This document shows positions 49,098 to 57,413 of a stretch of DNA of 64,000 nt, in pieces. The notes under the pieces are model-generated. The model had not been told where the DNA came from. It did no database searches and saw only the letters and a list, made by a program, of their open reading frames with translations. The DNA is from Elusimicrobiota bacterium (lineage in GTDB: Bacteria > Elusimicrobiota > Elusimicrobia > F11). The stretch spans positions 275,557 through 339,556 of the forward strand of contig JBGAON010000004.1 of assembly GCA_044221725.1 (NCBI GenBank), in the 5' to 3' direction. How positions within the stretch are numbered: the first letter of the stretch is position 1; each line of letters starts with the position of its first letter. Made by a program: the position numbers and the translations under genes.

Positions 49098-51323
49098 CTA
49101 CTCGACCCGGCGACGGATGCGTTCGAGTTCTTTGTTGATACGGCCGGCGCCCTGTTCTCCGAATCGGCGCAGCATGTCTTGCAAGAGTTCGATCTTCTCG
49201 TAGTCGGTGATGTCGCGTTCCGACACCGTACGGTAGTATTCCCAGGCGCGATCCAGATCCGCGTCCGCGGGAATCTTGAATCCGGACAAGTTCGTGGGCA
49301 CCGGCGTAACCTTCTTCGGTTTTGCCGTTGGTTTTGCGACCGGTTTTTCAGCCGGTTTCTTTGTGGCGGATGCCTTGGCCGGTTTGGCCGCGGGTTTCGT
49401 GATGGCCGGCACTGGTGTTGGTGCGATCGTCGGTGCAGCAACCGCGGGCGTTACGCCGTTCGCGTTCAGTTCGGCGAGTTCGCGATCGATCATTGACAGG
49501 TCGAAGTTTTGATCGCCGTACACAACTTTCATTTGATTGAGCAAGCCAACAAGTTCGTCGTGCGGCGCGTTCTGCGCTTTGCGAACCATGTAATAACCGA
49601 GCGCGGTTCCAAACGCGCGCAACAACGCATCGCGATCCGACATTTGCATCTGCGCCGGCGTCGCTGATTTCTCTTCGTGCGTTGACGGAGCCACCAGCGA
49701 CTGCGGCGCTTCGGGCAACGGTGCGGGTGCGGGCGCCGCCTCGTTCGCGTTAAATTTATCGGTAATCTTCGCGCGGCGCGCCAGAAGTTCGCGGTACGCA
49801 CGTAACACCACTTCATCCGACGGCAATATTTCCACCATGCGGCGCACGTATCCAATGCAGCCATCAAGATCCTGGCGTCGGTACGTCTGTGCCGCCAGTT
49901 CGGAAAGCGCCATCAGTGACAGAGAAGCGAGGCGATCGCTGCGCTGCGTGTTCGCCGGCATGACCGCCAGCCGCATAAGCGTCGACTTCGGATCGTTCTT
50001 CACAAGCGATTCGAGCGCGTCCATCGACATCGATTTTTCATCTTCGGGCACGCCTTTTAGCAACGCAAATTTCAGATGCGCCCAATCCATAGTGTTGTTC
50101 GCGTATTTGCGCAAAAGATCTTTCAAATCACCACTTACGTTTTTGAGGCCCGGATCATCCAGCGGATATTTGCGCATCAGCAAGAACATCAATTGGTCTT
50201 TGTATTCCGGCGTGAGTCCGCGCGCGAGACTGATGCGCGTTAAGAGAATGTGCGTCGTTAAACTATCCCACGCGAACGCGGAGATAAGATCGGTGTTCGA
50301 ATAGTCTCTCGCAAATTGCGTGGAGCTGGATCCGAGTTTGAACGCAAATCCAACGCGGTGCGTGCCGCTTGTGTCGGCCAAGTTGCTCACCGGGAAGCTG
50401 AACGAGTAATCCAAACGGAATCGAGAATACATATACGAAAGTCCCGTGGTGAGTGCGCGGTAGCCGCGCGAGCCCGTTGCGTATCCGCCGCGTAGCACCA
50501 GCGCACCGAGCGACGCAAACGGGAAGTTCCGTTCCGCGCCGAGCGCGACGTCGCTGTCGGTCTGGCCAACCAAGCGTTTCACGCGTCGATTTTCAATGGA
50601 GAGCGTGCCCCAACGCGGACGGTACGCAGCTCCCATCTTCACTCCGAGCGGCGCCTTGTCGCCGTCGCCGGCGATCGACACATCGGGTTGGTTGGCGTTG
50701 ATCAACGCAACGCCCGCCGTGTATTCGTACTTCGGACCAAATTGAGCGAGCGCGCCCAAGTCGAATGCGTACGTGTCTTTCGAATTTCCAGCGGTGAACA
50801 ATTGATCGTGTTGATTGGATGCCACGCCCGCATCGTTCAAGGCATTTTCGGTAAATCGGTCCGGTTCGTACTGACGGTGCAATTGTTTCACGTTACCGCC
50901 GAAGGAATAGATGCCGCGGTAGCCAAGCGAGTCGAGATCAATCCGCTGACTGTAACTCAAGATCAACGTGCGTTCGGAGAACAAGTTGTCGCCCTTGAAG
51001 TTGTTGTACGCAAACCCGATGGCACGATATCCTTTCACAAGAGGGTACGCGTAGCCCAAATACGTGGTGCCGAGAGTCGAACCATCACCGAGGCCTTTAA
51101 CCAGCTGGCCGTATTGTGTGCTGATCTGACCTTCTTGCATTTGCACGAGACCCGCCGGGTTGTAACCGATCGCATCCGCATCATCGGCGACAGCCGTAAA
51201 CGAATCCGCCATACCCGGAGCGCGCGCACCGCCACCCTGATCGTCGAAAGACGCGAGCGCGACCGGAGCCGGCAACTGCACCAAGAAAATCAGACTCAGG
51301 AGAAGAGCGAGTAGTTTCTTCAT
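49098..51323 (-). CDS. PorV/PorP(SprF)-like outer-membrane beta-barrel with long helical C-terminal extension
   Basis: Signal peptide, GARAPGMADSFTAVADDADAIGYNPAGL, amphipathic strands ending RLDYSF...GTHRVGFAFK, then ~400 aa helical and Pro/Ala/Lys-rich. Confidence 0.8.
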   Translation of the reverse strand: MKKLLALLLSLIFLVQLPAPVALASFDDQGGGARAPGMADSFTAVADDADAIGYNPAGLVQMQEGQISTQYGQLVKGLGDGSTLGTTYLGYAYPLVKGYRAIGFAYNNFKGDNLFSERTLILSYSQRIDLDSLGYRGIYSFGGNVKQLHRQYEPDRFTENALNDAGVASNQHDQLFTAGNSKDTYAFDLGALAQFGPKYEYTAGVALINANQPDVSIAGDGDKAPLGVKMGAAYRPRWGTLSIENRRVKRLVGQTDSDVALGAERNFPFASLGALVLRGGYATGSRGYRALTTGLSYMYSRFRLDYSFSFPVSNLADTSGTHRVGFAFKLGSSSTQFARDYSNTDLISAFAWDSLTTHILLTRISLARGLTPEYKDQLMFLLMRKYPLDDPGLKNVSGDLKDLLRKYANNTMDWAHLKFALLKGVPEDEKSMSMDALESLVKNDPKSTLMRLAVMPANTQRSDRLASLSLMALSELAAQTYRRQDLDGCIGYVRRMVEILPSDEVVLRAYRELLARRAKITDKFNANEAAPAPAPLPEAPQSLVAPSTHEEKSATPAQMQMSDRDALLRAFGTALGYYMVRKAQNAPHDELVGLLNQMKVVYGDQNFDLSMIDRELAELNANGVTPAVAAPTIAPTPVPAITKPAAKPAKASATKKPAEKPVAKPTAKPKKVTPVPTNLSGFKIPADADLDRAWEYYRTVSERDITDYEKIELLQDMLRRFGEQGAGRINKELERIRRRVE

Positions 51324-53470
51324 CTCGCCACCCCCACGGTTCCCGTGAAGGACTTCCCTTCGCCCGAAATGCGGTAAATGTAAGCGCCGCCGGGCACCAC
51401 ATTTCCGCGATCGTCTTTACCATCCCATATAAGCGTTGTGCCGATGCCGCTGTGCGAATCGGCCGGCGGGAGTGTGCGCACATGGCGTCCGTCTTTGTCA
51501 AAGATTTCGCCGGACACCGGCACGTTGTTCGGGTTCTCAAGAATAAAGTACACACGGTCGTTGAGTCCGTCGCCGTTCGGTGTAAACAACCGTGGATAGA
51601 CGTTGCCTTGGCTCAAGCTCAGCGTCGACGGATTGGCCGACACGCGCAATTGATAATTTCCGAGGAAAGATGACCGCGTCTTCACCGCTTGCGCAGGAAT
51701 ATCCACGGTGCCACCGATACGAACCCACGTCACACCGTTGAACCAATACATCGACAATTGATCGGGCGTGATTGCGCTCGCGCGCACATTTCCGCCGCGC
51801 GATCCAATCCCCGGTGCTCCGCCGATCACTTGTCCATTCTGTTGGTTGTATCCAACCGCGACGGTGGCTTGCGGTTGCGAAAACGCGAGATCATTGAGAA
51901 CCTCGCGCGTGTCGGTTCGGATCAGTTTCAGCCGGACGTTGCGAACAATAAGCCCATCCGCTGACAGCGGTTCGTCGGAAAGTTCGATCGTGAGCGGCAC
52001 GCCGTACTTGTTGTATGCAGACCGCAACAAGTCGTTCACGGTTTCGGGCATCATCACGTGCGACACGCCGTCCGTGCTGAGATAAATGATGTTCGCTTCG
52101 GGGCTCGAATCCGCGATCAGCGAATCGGGTGATTCGTTTCCAGCCAAGTCGACCGCACGAATCGTGTAGTAATTGACTTGGTTATTAACTTGGTCCGCAA
52201 ACGCAGCGACCGCGAGCGGTGCTGGTGTGAGTCGGATGCCGGGACCTGTCAACGAGTCACGACGATAAATGTAATAACCGGCGATGTCCGTCGCTGGTGA
52301 GCCATCGACGTTGTAGCGAACCGGTTCCCATGTGAGCGCGAACGCTCGACCGGTTGGATCCAAAAATCCTTTGAGTCCCGCGGGCGCAGACGGTGCGACC
52401 AGGTCGCCGCTTTGTGCCGTGAACACCGTAACAACCGAGCTCGGGTTCGATAAGAGACCATCTTCATTGATCGCGCGGACGCGGTAATAATAGGTCGTAA
52501 GTTGGGCGAGGCCCGTGTCTAGATACGTGACGACGTTAATCGTCGCGATCGGCGTGTAAGCAACGTTGTTGTTCGATCGCTCGAGGCGATAACGTGTTCC
52601 ACCCGGATTGTTGTTCGACGTCCACGTGAGTGAGACTTGAGATATTGTGATGCCGCTCGCCGCAAGATTCGCGGGAACGTTGGCCAACGTGTAAACCGTA
52701 ACCGGTGATGTGGGCAACGACACACCGGAGGCATTTCCTGATCGCAATATTCGTGTGATCGCTTCGTTCGGGGTGAATCCGAATTCATCAAACGAGAAGC
52801 CATTGGAATCGGTGACCGTAAGATCGCCCGGATACGTCGACAGTCGATAATACGTGGCACCAAGCGTGACGCCCCAACTCCATTGAATTGCGTGTGTTGA
52901 AATCGCCATGCCGGCGAAATTCGTCGGAGGCGAATTGAGTGTCGAAGAAACAAACGCGCGCGCTTGTTGCCCGATCGTTGAGGAATGCGTGTCAATCGGT
53001 GAAAGCAAGTTTGCGTCGTCGATGCTCTTGATAGCGAAGTAATACGTGACGCCGCCCGGCAATCCATTCAGCAACATGAATTCGGTGACGCCAGGATTTG
53101 ACGGCGGAGGTTCGCCCGTGACGTCTTGGGCGGTGTTCCACCACGTTGTGGTACTTCCAATGCTATCGGCGGAGAACGTGGCGATGCGAACCACGTATGA
53201 GGCCACCGGGTTTCTATCGCTGAACTGGTTGTTATTTTCGTCCGGCGATGACCATTGCAGGATCACTTGGCCCGCAGCTCCAGGAGCCGCGTTCAAATTG
53301 GTGATCGCTGCTGGCGGTGTCGTGTCGAGAGGACGGAACGTAACGGTGAGTGAGTCGGACGTCGCGGCAAAAGCCGGCCGCGCGAGGACAAAGAAGCCCC
53401 CGGCAATGGCCAACGTGGCCAACGCCCAATCACGAACGCGTTTAAAAATGTTCGTGCCCACGTGTTTCAT
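51320..53470 (-). CDS. Secreted Fn3-repeat protein with gliding-motility/T9SS type B-like (FlgD-Ig) C-terminal domain; putative fibre anchor
   Basis: Signal ending AFA, mature start ATSDSLTVTFRP, four Fn3-like repeats, C-terminal VYPRLFTPNGDGLND...WDGKD..G..VP.G.YIY. Start is 53470 or 53491. Confidence 0.8.
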   Translation of the reverse strand: MKHVGTNIFKRVRDWALATLAIAGGFFVLARPAFAATSDSLTVTFRPLDTTPPAAITNLNAAPGAAGQVILQWSSPDENNNQFSDRNPVASYVVRIATFSADSIGSTTTWWNTAQDVTGEPPPSNPGVTEFMLLNGLPGGVTYYFAIKSIDDANLLSPIDTHSSTIGQQARAFVSSTLNSPPTNFAGMAISTHAIQWSWGVTLGATYYRLSTYPGDLTVTDSNGFSFDEFGFTPNEAITRILRSGNASGVSLPTSPVTVYTLANVPANLAASGITISQVSLTWTSNNNPGGTRYRLERSNNNVAYTPIATINVVTYLDTGLAQLTTYYYRVRAINEDGLLSNPSSVVTVFTAQSGDLVAPSAPAGLKGFLDPTGRAFALTWEPVRYNVDGSPATDIAGYYIYRRDSLTGPGIRLTPAPLAVAAFADQVNNQVNYYTIRAVDLAGNESPDSLIADSSPEANIIYLSTDGVSHVMMPETVNDLLRSAYNKYGVPLTIELSDEPLSADGLIVRNVRLKLIRTDTREVLNDLAFSQPQATVAVGYNQQNGQVIGGAPGIGSRGGNVRASAITPDQLSMYWFNGVTWVRIGGTVDIPAQAVKTRSSFLGNYQLRVSANPSTLSLSQGNVYPRLFTPNGDGLNDRVYFILENPNNVPVSGEIFDKDGRHVRTLPPADSHSGIGTTLIWDGKDDRGNVVPGGAYIYRISGEGKSFTGTVGVAR

Positions 53471-53710
53471 CACGTGTCGATGCACTCCCATCGTTCTGAC
53501 ATTTGTCTCCTATGACGTCCGACGATCATCAGCCGCACTTGAGACGCAATGCGCCGTGCGGATGGACTTCGTCCGTGGACGTGCTTCGCCTGTTGTGTCG
53601 CTGGCGAAATCGCCCGACGTCGTGTTTGACCTATGCGTGCTGCCTGTTAGGCCGAGGTCATATGTCCTCCCAATTCGTCACATGTTTCTCTCGTGTTTCC
53701 TCCTTTGCGA

Positions 53711-54355
53711 TTAGCTCTGTGGCGCTGCGGCTCCGATCGTGATGCTGATGTTCTGGGCGTTGGAGCTCGTCGTCGTTGCTGGCAGACGGAAGAACAACCA
53801 CAGATGCGACTGGCTGCTCGCTGCTGGGAACGGATTCATGTCGTCCATGTCTTTGTTGTCGGGTCCGGAGCTGTTCTCGAACAGGTTGTTCACACCGTTT
53901 GCTGTTCCCACGAACTCCGCATTCGCGCTCACAACGTCGCTGTTGTTTTGGGCCGGTTGCGTGCCGCTGAAGTAATCACCGGTCTGCGCGGGTGCCGATG
54001 AACGCTGAACGGACGTGAACGTGGCCCACGTGGCGACTTTGTCGGCTTCGCTCGATGTGGTGACGTCATCAAACGACCATGGATCGCTTGCCGCGGTGAT
54101 TGCTCCTTGCAACTTCAGGTCCGTCGTGAGGTAGGTGCTGAGCACGGTAACGGTCGCTGGTTGCACGGTCTGCGTGGAAGCCCCGAGCGCGACGGTACCG
54201 AGGTTGAGCGAGACGTTCGCGGTGTCGATGTCGACCGAATAGAACGCATTCGGTGTGATCGTGACCGTCAACGTATCCGACGATGCGGCGTGTGACACGG
54301 CTGAGAGCCCGAGCCCGAAGGCCAAGGCCAGTGCGACTTTACTTGCACGTTTCAT
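53711..54355 (-). CDS. Secreted pilin-like subunit, copy 1 (214 aa, full length)
   Basis: SD AGGAG, Sec signal SHA|A, mature ASSDTLTVTITPN...HLWLFFRLP...ISITIGAAAPQS. Confidence 0.8.
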   Translation of the reverse strand: MKRASKVALALAFGLGLSAVSHAASSDTLTVTITPNAFYSVDIDTANVSLNLGTVALGASTQTVQPATVTVLSTYLTTDLKLQGAITAASDPWSFDDVTTSSEADKVATWATFTSVQRSSAPAQTGDYFSGTQPAQNNSDVVSANAEFVGTANGVNNLFENSSGPDNKDMDDMNPFPAASSQSHLWLFFRLPATTTSSNAQNISITIGAAAPQS

Positions 54356-54600
54356 TTTGTTTCTCCTTTTGTTTTTTGTTTTGAACTGCAAATCTGTTTG
54401 CTCGTACGTGGACGTCCGCGAACGAGCGTCATTCACGCGCGCACATGCACGGGTGAAATGCCACAAATCCTGCCGGTGACACGGCTTCCAACGCCTGCCA
54501 CAAGCGGATTTCTCGCGATTTGTGTTCGCTATGTTCTTCGCTAACTCAGCTCATATGAGCTCCATTTGCGTTCACATATTTCTCTCGTTCTCCTTTGCGC

Positions 54601-55143
54601 TCAGCTCTGTGGCGCTGTCGCTCCGATGGTGATGCTGATGTTTTGGGCGCTCGTTCCGGTCGTTGTTGCGGGCAGACGGAAGTACAGCCACAAGTGCGAT
54701 TGCGACGCTGCGCTGACGACATCGCTGCTGTTTTGGCCGGGCTGCGTTCCGCTGAAGTAATCGCTGGTCTGTGTTGGTGCCGACGAACGCGCGACGGATG
54801 TGAACGTGGCCCATGTAGCGATCTTGTCGGCTTCGCTCGAGCTTGTAACGTCGTCGAACGACCATGCGTTTGCCGCTGCCGTAATGACGCCTTGGAGTTT
54901 TAGGTCCGTCGTTGCGTAGCTCGACAGCACGGTGACAGTCGCGGGTTGCACGGTCTGCGTGGAAGCCCCGAGCGCGACCGTACCGAGGTCGAGCGAGACG
55001 TTGCCGGTATCAATGTCCACCGAATAAAACGCGTTCGGTGTGATCGTAACCGTCAGCGTGTCCGACGATGCGGCGTGTGACGCGGCTGTGAGCCCGAGCC
55101 CGAAGGCCAAGGCCAGTGCGACTTTTTTTATGGCGCGTTTCAT
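54601..55143 (-). CDS. Secreted pilin-like subunit, copy 2 (180 aa, 35-aa internal deletion)
   Basis: Close paralog of copy 1; SD AAGGAG. Confidence 0.8.
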   Translation of the reverse strand: MKRAIKKVALALAFGLGLTAASHAASSDTLTVTITPNAFYSVDIDTGNVSLDLGTVALGASTQTVQPATVTVLSSYATTDLKLQGVITAAANAWSFDDVTSSSEADKIATWATFTSVARSSAPTQTSDYFSGTQPGQNSSDVVSAASQSHLWLYFRLPATTTGTSAQNISITIGATAPQS

Positions 55144-55212
55144 GTGTGTCTCCTTTTTTTCGTTATGTGTTTCTCAGCTCATGCCTGTTTTTCCCTGATG
55201 CTTTTTTCATCG

Positions 55213-55731
55213 TTAGCTCTGTGGCGCTGTCGCTCCGATCGTGATGCTGATGTTTTGGGCGTTCGTGCCGGTCGTTGTTGCGGGCAGACGGAGCGACGCT
55301 GCGCTGACGACATCGCTGCTGTTTTGGCCGGGCTGCGTTCCGCTGAAGTAATCGCTGGTCTGTGTTGGTGCCGACGAACGCGCGACGGATGTGAACGTGG
55401 CCCATGTAGCGATCTTGTCGGCTTCGCTCGAGGTTGTAACGTCGTCGAACGACCATGCGTTTGCGGAGGCCGTGATGACGCCTTGCAGTTTCAGGTCGGT
55501 TAGCGCGAACGTCGAGAGCACGGTGACGGTCGCTGGCTGCACGGTTTGTGTGGACGCGCCGAGCGCCACGGTACCGAGGCTCAGCGAGACGTTTCCCGTG
55601 TCAATGTCGACCGAATAGAACGCATTCGGTGTGATGGTGACGGTCAGTGTGTCAGACGATGCCGCGTGTGCGGCGCCGCTCAGTCCCAGTCCGAAGACGA
55701 GGCCGAGCAGGACTTTCAGTGTGCGCTTCAT
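55213..55731 (-). CDS. Secreted pilin-like subunit, copy 3 (172 aa, further 7-aa deletion)
   Basis: Close paralog; SD AAGGAG before ATG 55731; lacks the QSHLWLYF segment. Confidence 0.75.
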   Translation of the reverse strand: MKRTLKVLLGLVFGLGLSGAAHAASSDTLTVTITPNAFYSVDIDTGNVSLSLGTVALGASTQTVQPATVTVLSTFALTDLKLQGVITASANAWSFDDVTTSSEADKIATWATFTSVARSSAPTQTSDYFSGTQPGQNSSDVVSAASLRLPATTTGTNAQNISITIGATAPQS

Positions 55732-55819
55732 GTTGTCGCTCCTTTTTTGTTGTGTAGTTTTTGTGAATCGATTCAACCGGTTGAATAATCTCTGCATGTG
55801 CGAATGAATTTTCATGACG

Positions 55820-56719
55820 TCACTCCTTCACGCTGATGTACACACGCACAGGCGCGTCGAGCCAAAACCCGGTCGTTAGCGATGTGCGTATGAGTGCCGC
55901 GTATTTTTTGCCTTTGTATTTCGGATCGTTGGGAATTGTGATGATCGGCTGGAACGAGGCAATCTGTTCGCCGGCAATCGCTTCCTGATCCTTTTTGAAA
56001 CTGACCCAATTCGAATCGGGGATGGGTTCGTATCCGGGCGGTAACGTGAGTTCTTGTTTCCACGCGTCGGTGCTGAGCTTGATGGACAGCGCGTCCGCCG
56101 AATAGTTCACGACGCGAATCGATTTGTTCTGTTCTTTCTTCGCGTCGAACTTGGTTCCGATCGGAACATCGGTGATGTAAAGCGCTTGCGGCGATACATC
56201 GAAGTCGAGTTTCGCCATCGCTTTCTGACGTTTCTCTTCTTGCAGCGTTTCGGGACCAGGCCCGATCGAGAAACGCAATTTGTTTTCGACCGCGACACCG
56301 ATGAGACCGGTGCCATCCGTGCGCGCTTTGATGATCGCGACGAAGTGCCGCCCGTTCAGCGATTTGTCGTCCGGAATCGACAGCAGGAGATCGAAGAATC
56401 CCTGCGCGTGCGCACCAATCCGCATTTTTCCAGGGATGGCTTTGACCCAGCTCGGATCCGGAATTGGCTCGTACGGCGCTTTCACGTACCGTGGATCGGT
56501 CGGCTCAATTTCGACGACCACATCCACATCGGCATTGCTGCGATTCTCGATACCAAACGGAATCTTCAGCACCTCGCGCAGGTTGTAGGTTTTTCCTATT
56601 TCGGCATTTTCAACGATGACATCGCCGAACCGAGCGGCGAGTCCCATGCTCCACGCGGGCATGCGCAGCATGATGCCGAGCAATCCCATGAGGATCGTTA
56701 TGCGGTACACGTGTTTCAT
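55820..56719 (-). CDS. Secreted protein with two Ig-like internal repeats, putative subunit chaperone
   Basis: Signal peptide; repeats PYEPIPDPSWV...LLSIPDDK.L.GR.F.A.I and GYEPIPDSNWV...IITIPNDP.Y.GK.Y.A.I; SD AAAGGAG. Confidence 0.7.
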   Translation of the reverse strand: MKHVYRITILMGLLGIMLRMPAWSMGLAARFGDVIVENAEIGKTYNLREVLKIPFGIENRSNADVDVVVEIEPTDPRYVKAPYEPIPDPSWVKAIPGKMRIGAHAQGFFDLLLSIPDDKSLNGRHFVAIIKARTDGTGLIGVAVENKLRFSIGPGPETLQEEKRQKAMAKLDFDVSPQALYITDVPIGTKFDAKKEQNKSIRVVNYSADALSIKLSTDAWKQELTLPPGYEPIPDSNWVSFKKDQEAIAGEQIASFQPIITIPNDPKYKGKKYAALIRTSLTTGFWLDAPVRVYISVKE

Positions 56720-56750
56720 TGTCTTGTCTCCTTTCTGTTTGGCCATGGCG

Positions 56751-57413
56751 TTAATCGGGCGCCACCGCCGTAATCGTCACTGAAATGTTTTGAGGCGTTG
56801 CCGATGTTGTTGCGCTCGGCAATCGGAAATAGAGCCACAGGTGCGACTTCGCGTTTGGATCGGGTTCGGGCGCGAGAGAATCCATGTTCTTTGCGTCGAA
56901 CCCGCTGTTGTTTTCAAAGAGATTGAAGGTGCCTTGGGTCGCGGAATCGCCCACGTAGCGCGATTGATTGTCGATCACGTCGCTGCCATTCGCGCCGGGT
57001 ACCGTGCCACTGAAATAATCCGCGGTTTGTGTGGGAACGCTGGAGCGCGCAACGGACGTGAAGGTGGCCCACGCGGATAACTTGTCGGTGTCGCTCGATA
57101 CGGTGTTGTTATCGAATGTCCACGGTGTGCCGGAGGAAGAAATCGAACCTTGAATCTTCAGATCGGTGAACGCGAATGTGCTTTGCACGGAAACCGTCGA
57201 TGGCTGCACCGTCTGCGTGCTCGCTCCCAAATTAACGGCGCCGAGATTGAGCGACACGTTTGCGGTGTCGATATCCACCGCGTAATAGGCGTTCGGCACA
57301 AACGATACGGTCAACGTGTCCGTGCTGCCGGCGCGCGCGACGTTGGCTGAGAACAAAAGCACCGCCATCGCCGGCACGGCCAATTTCAAAATCGATCGCA
57401 AGAGCGCGCGCAT
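56751..57413 (-). CDS. Secreted pilin-like subunit, divergent copy 4 (220 aa), putative adaptor
   Basis: ARA|GSTDTLTVSFVPN, aligns with copies 1-3 throughout; TGATG-coupled to the giant gene. Confidence 0.8.
   Translation of the reverse strand: MRALLRSILKLAVPAMAVLLFSANVARAGSTDTLTVSFVPNAYYAVDIDTANVSLNLGAVNLGASTQTVQPSTVSVQSTFAFTDLKIQGSISSSGTPWTFDNNTVSSDTDKLSAWATFTSVARSSVPTQTADYFSGTVPGANGSDVIDNQSRYVGDSATQGTFNLFENNSGFDAKNMDSLAPEPDPNAKSHLWLYFRLPSATTSATPQNISVTITAVAPD

Noticed and set aside
53711..55731. Diversity-generating retroelement acting on the paralogs
   Set aside because: Differences are synonymous changes and deletions, not adenine-specific, and no reverse transcriptase is in the window.
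53711..57413. Type IV or type V pilins
   Set aside because: No class III G|FxxxE leader and no lipobox; the signals are ordinary AxA Sec type.
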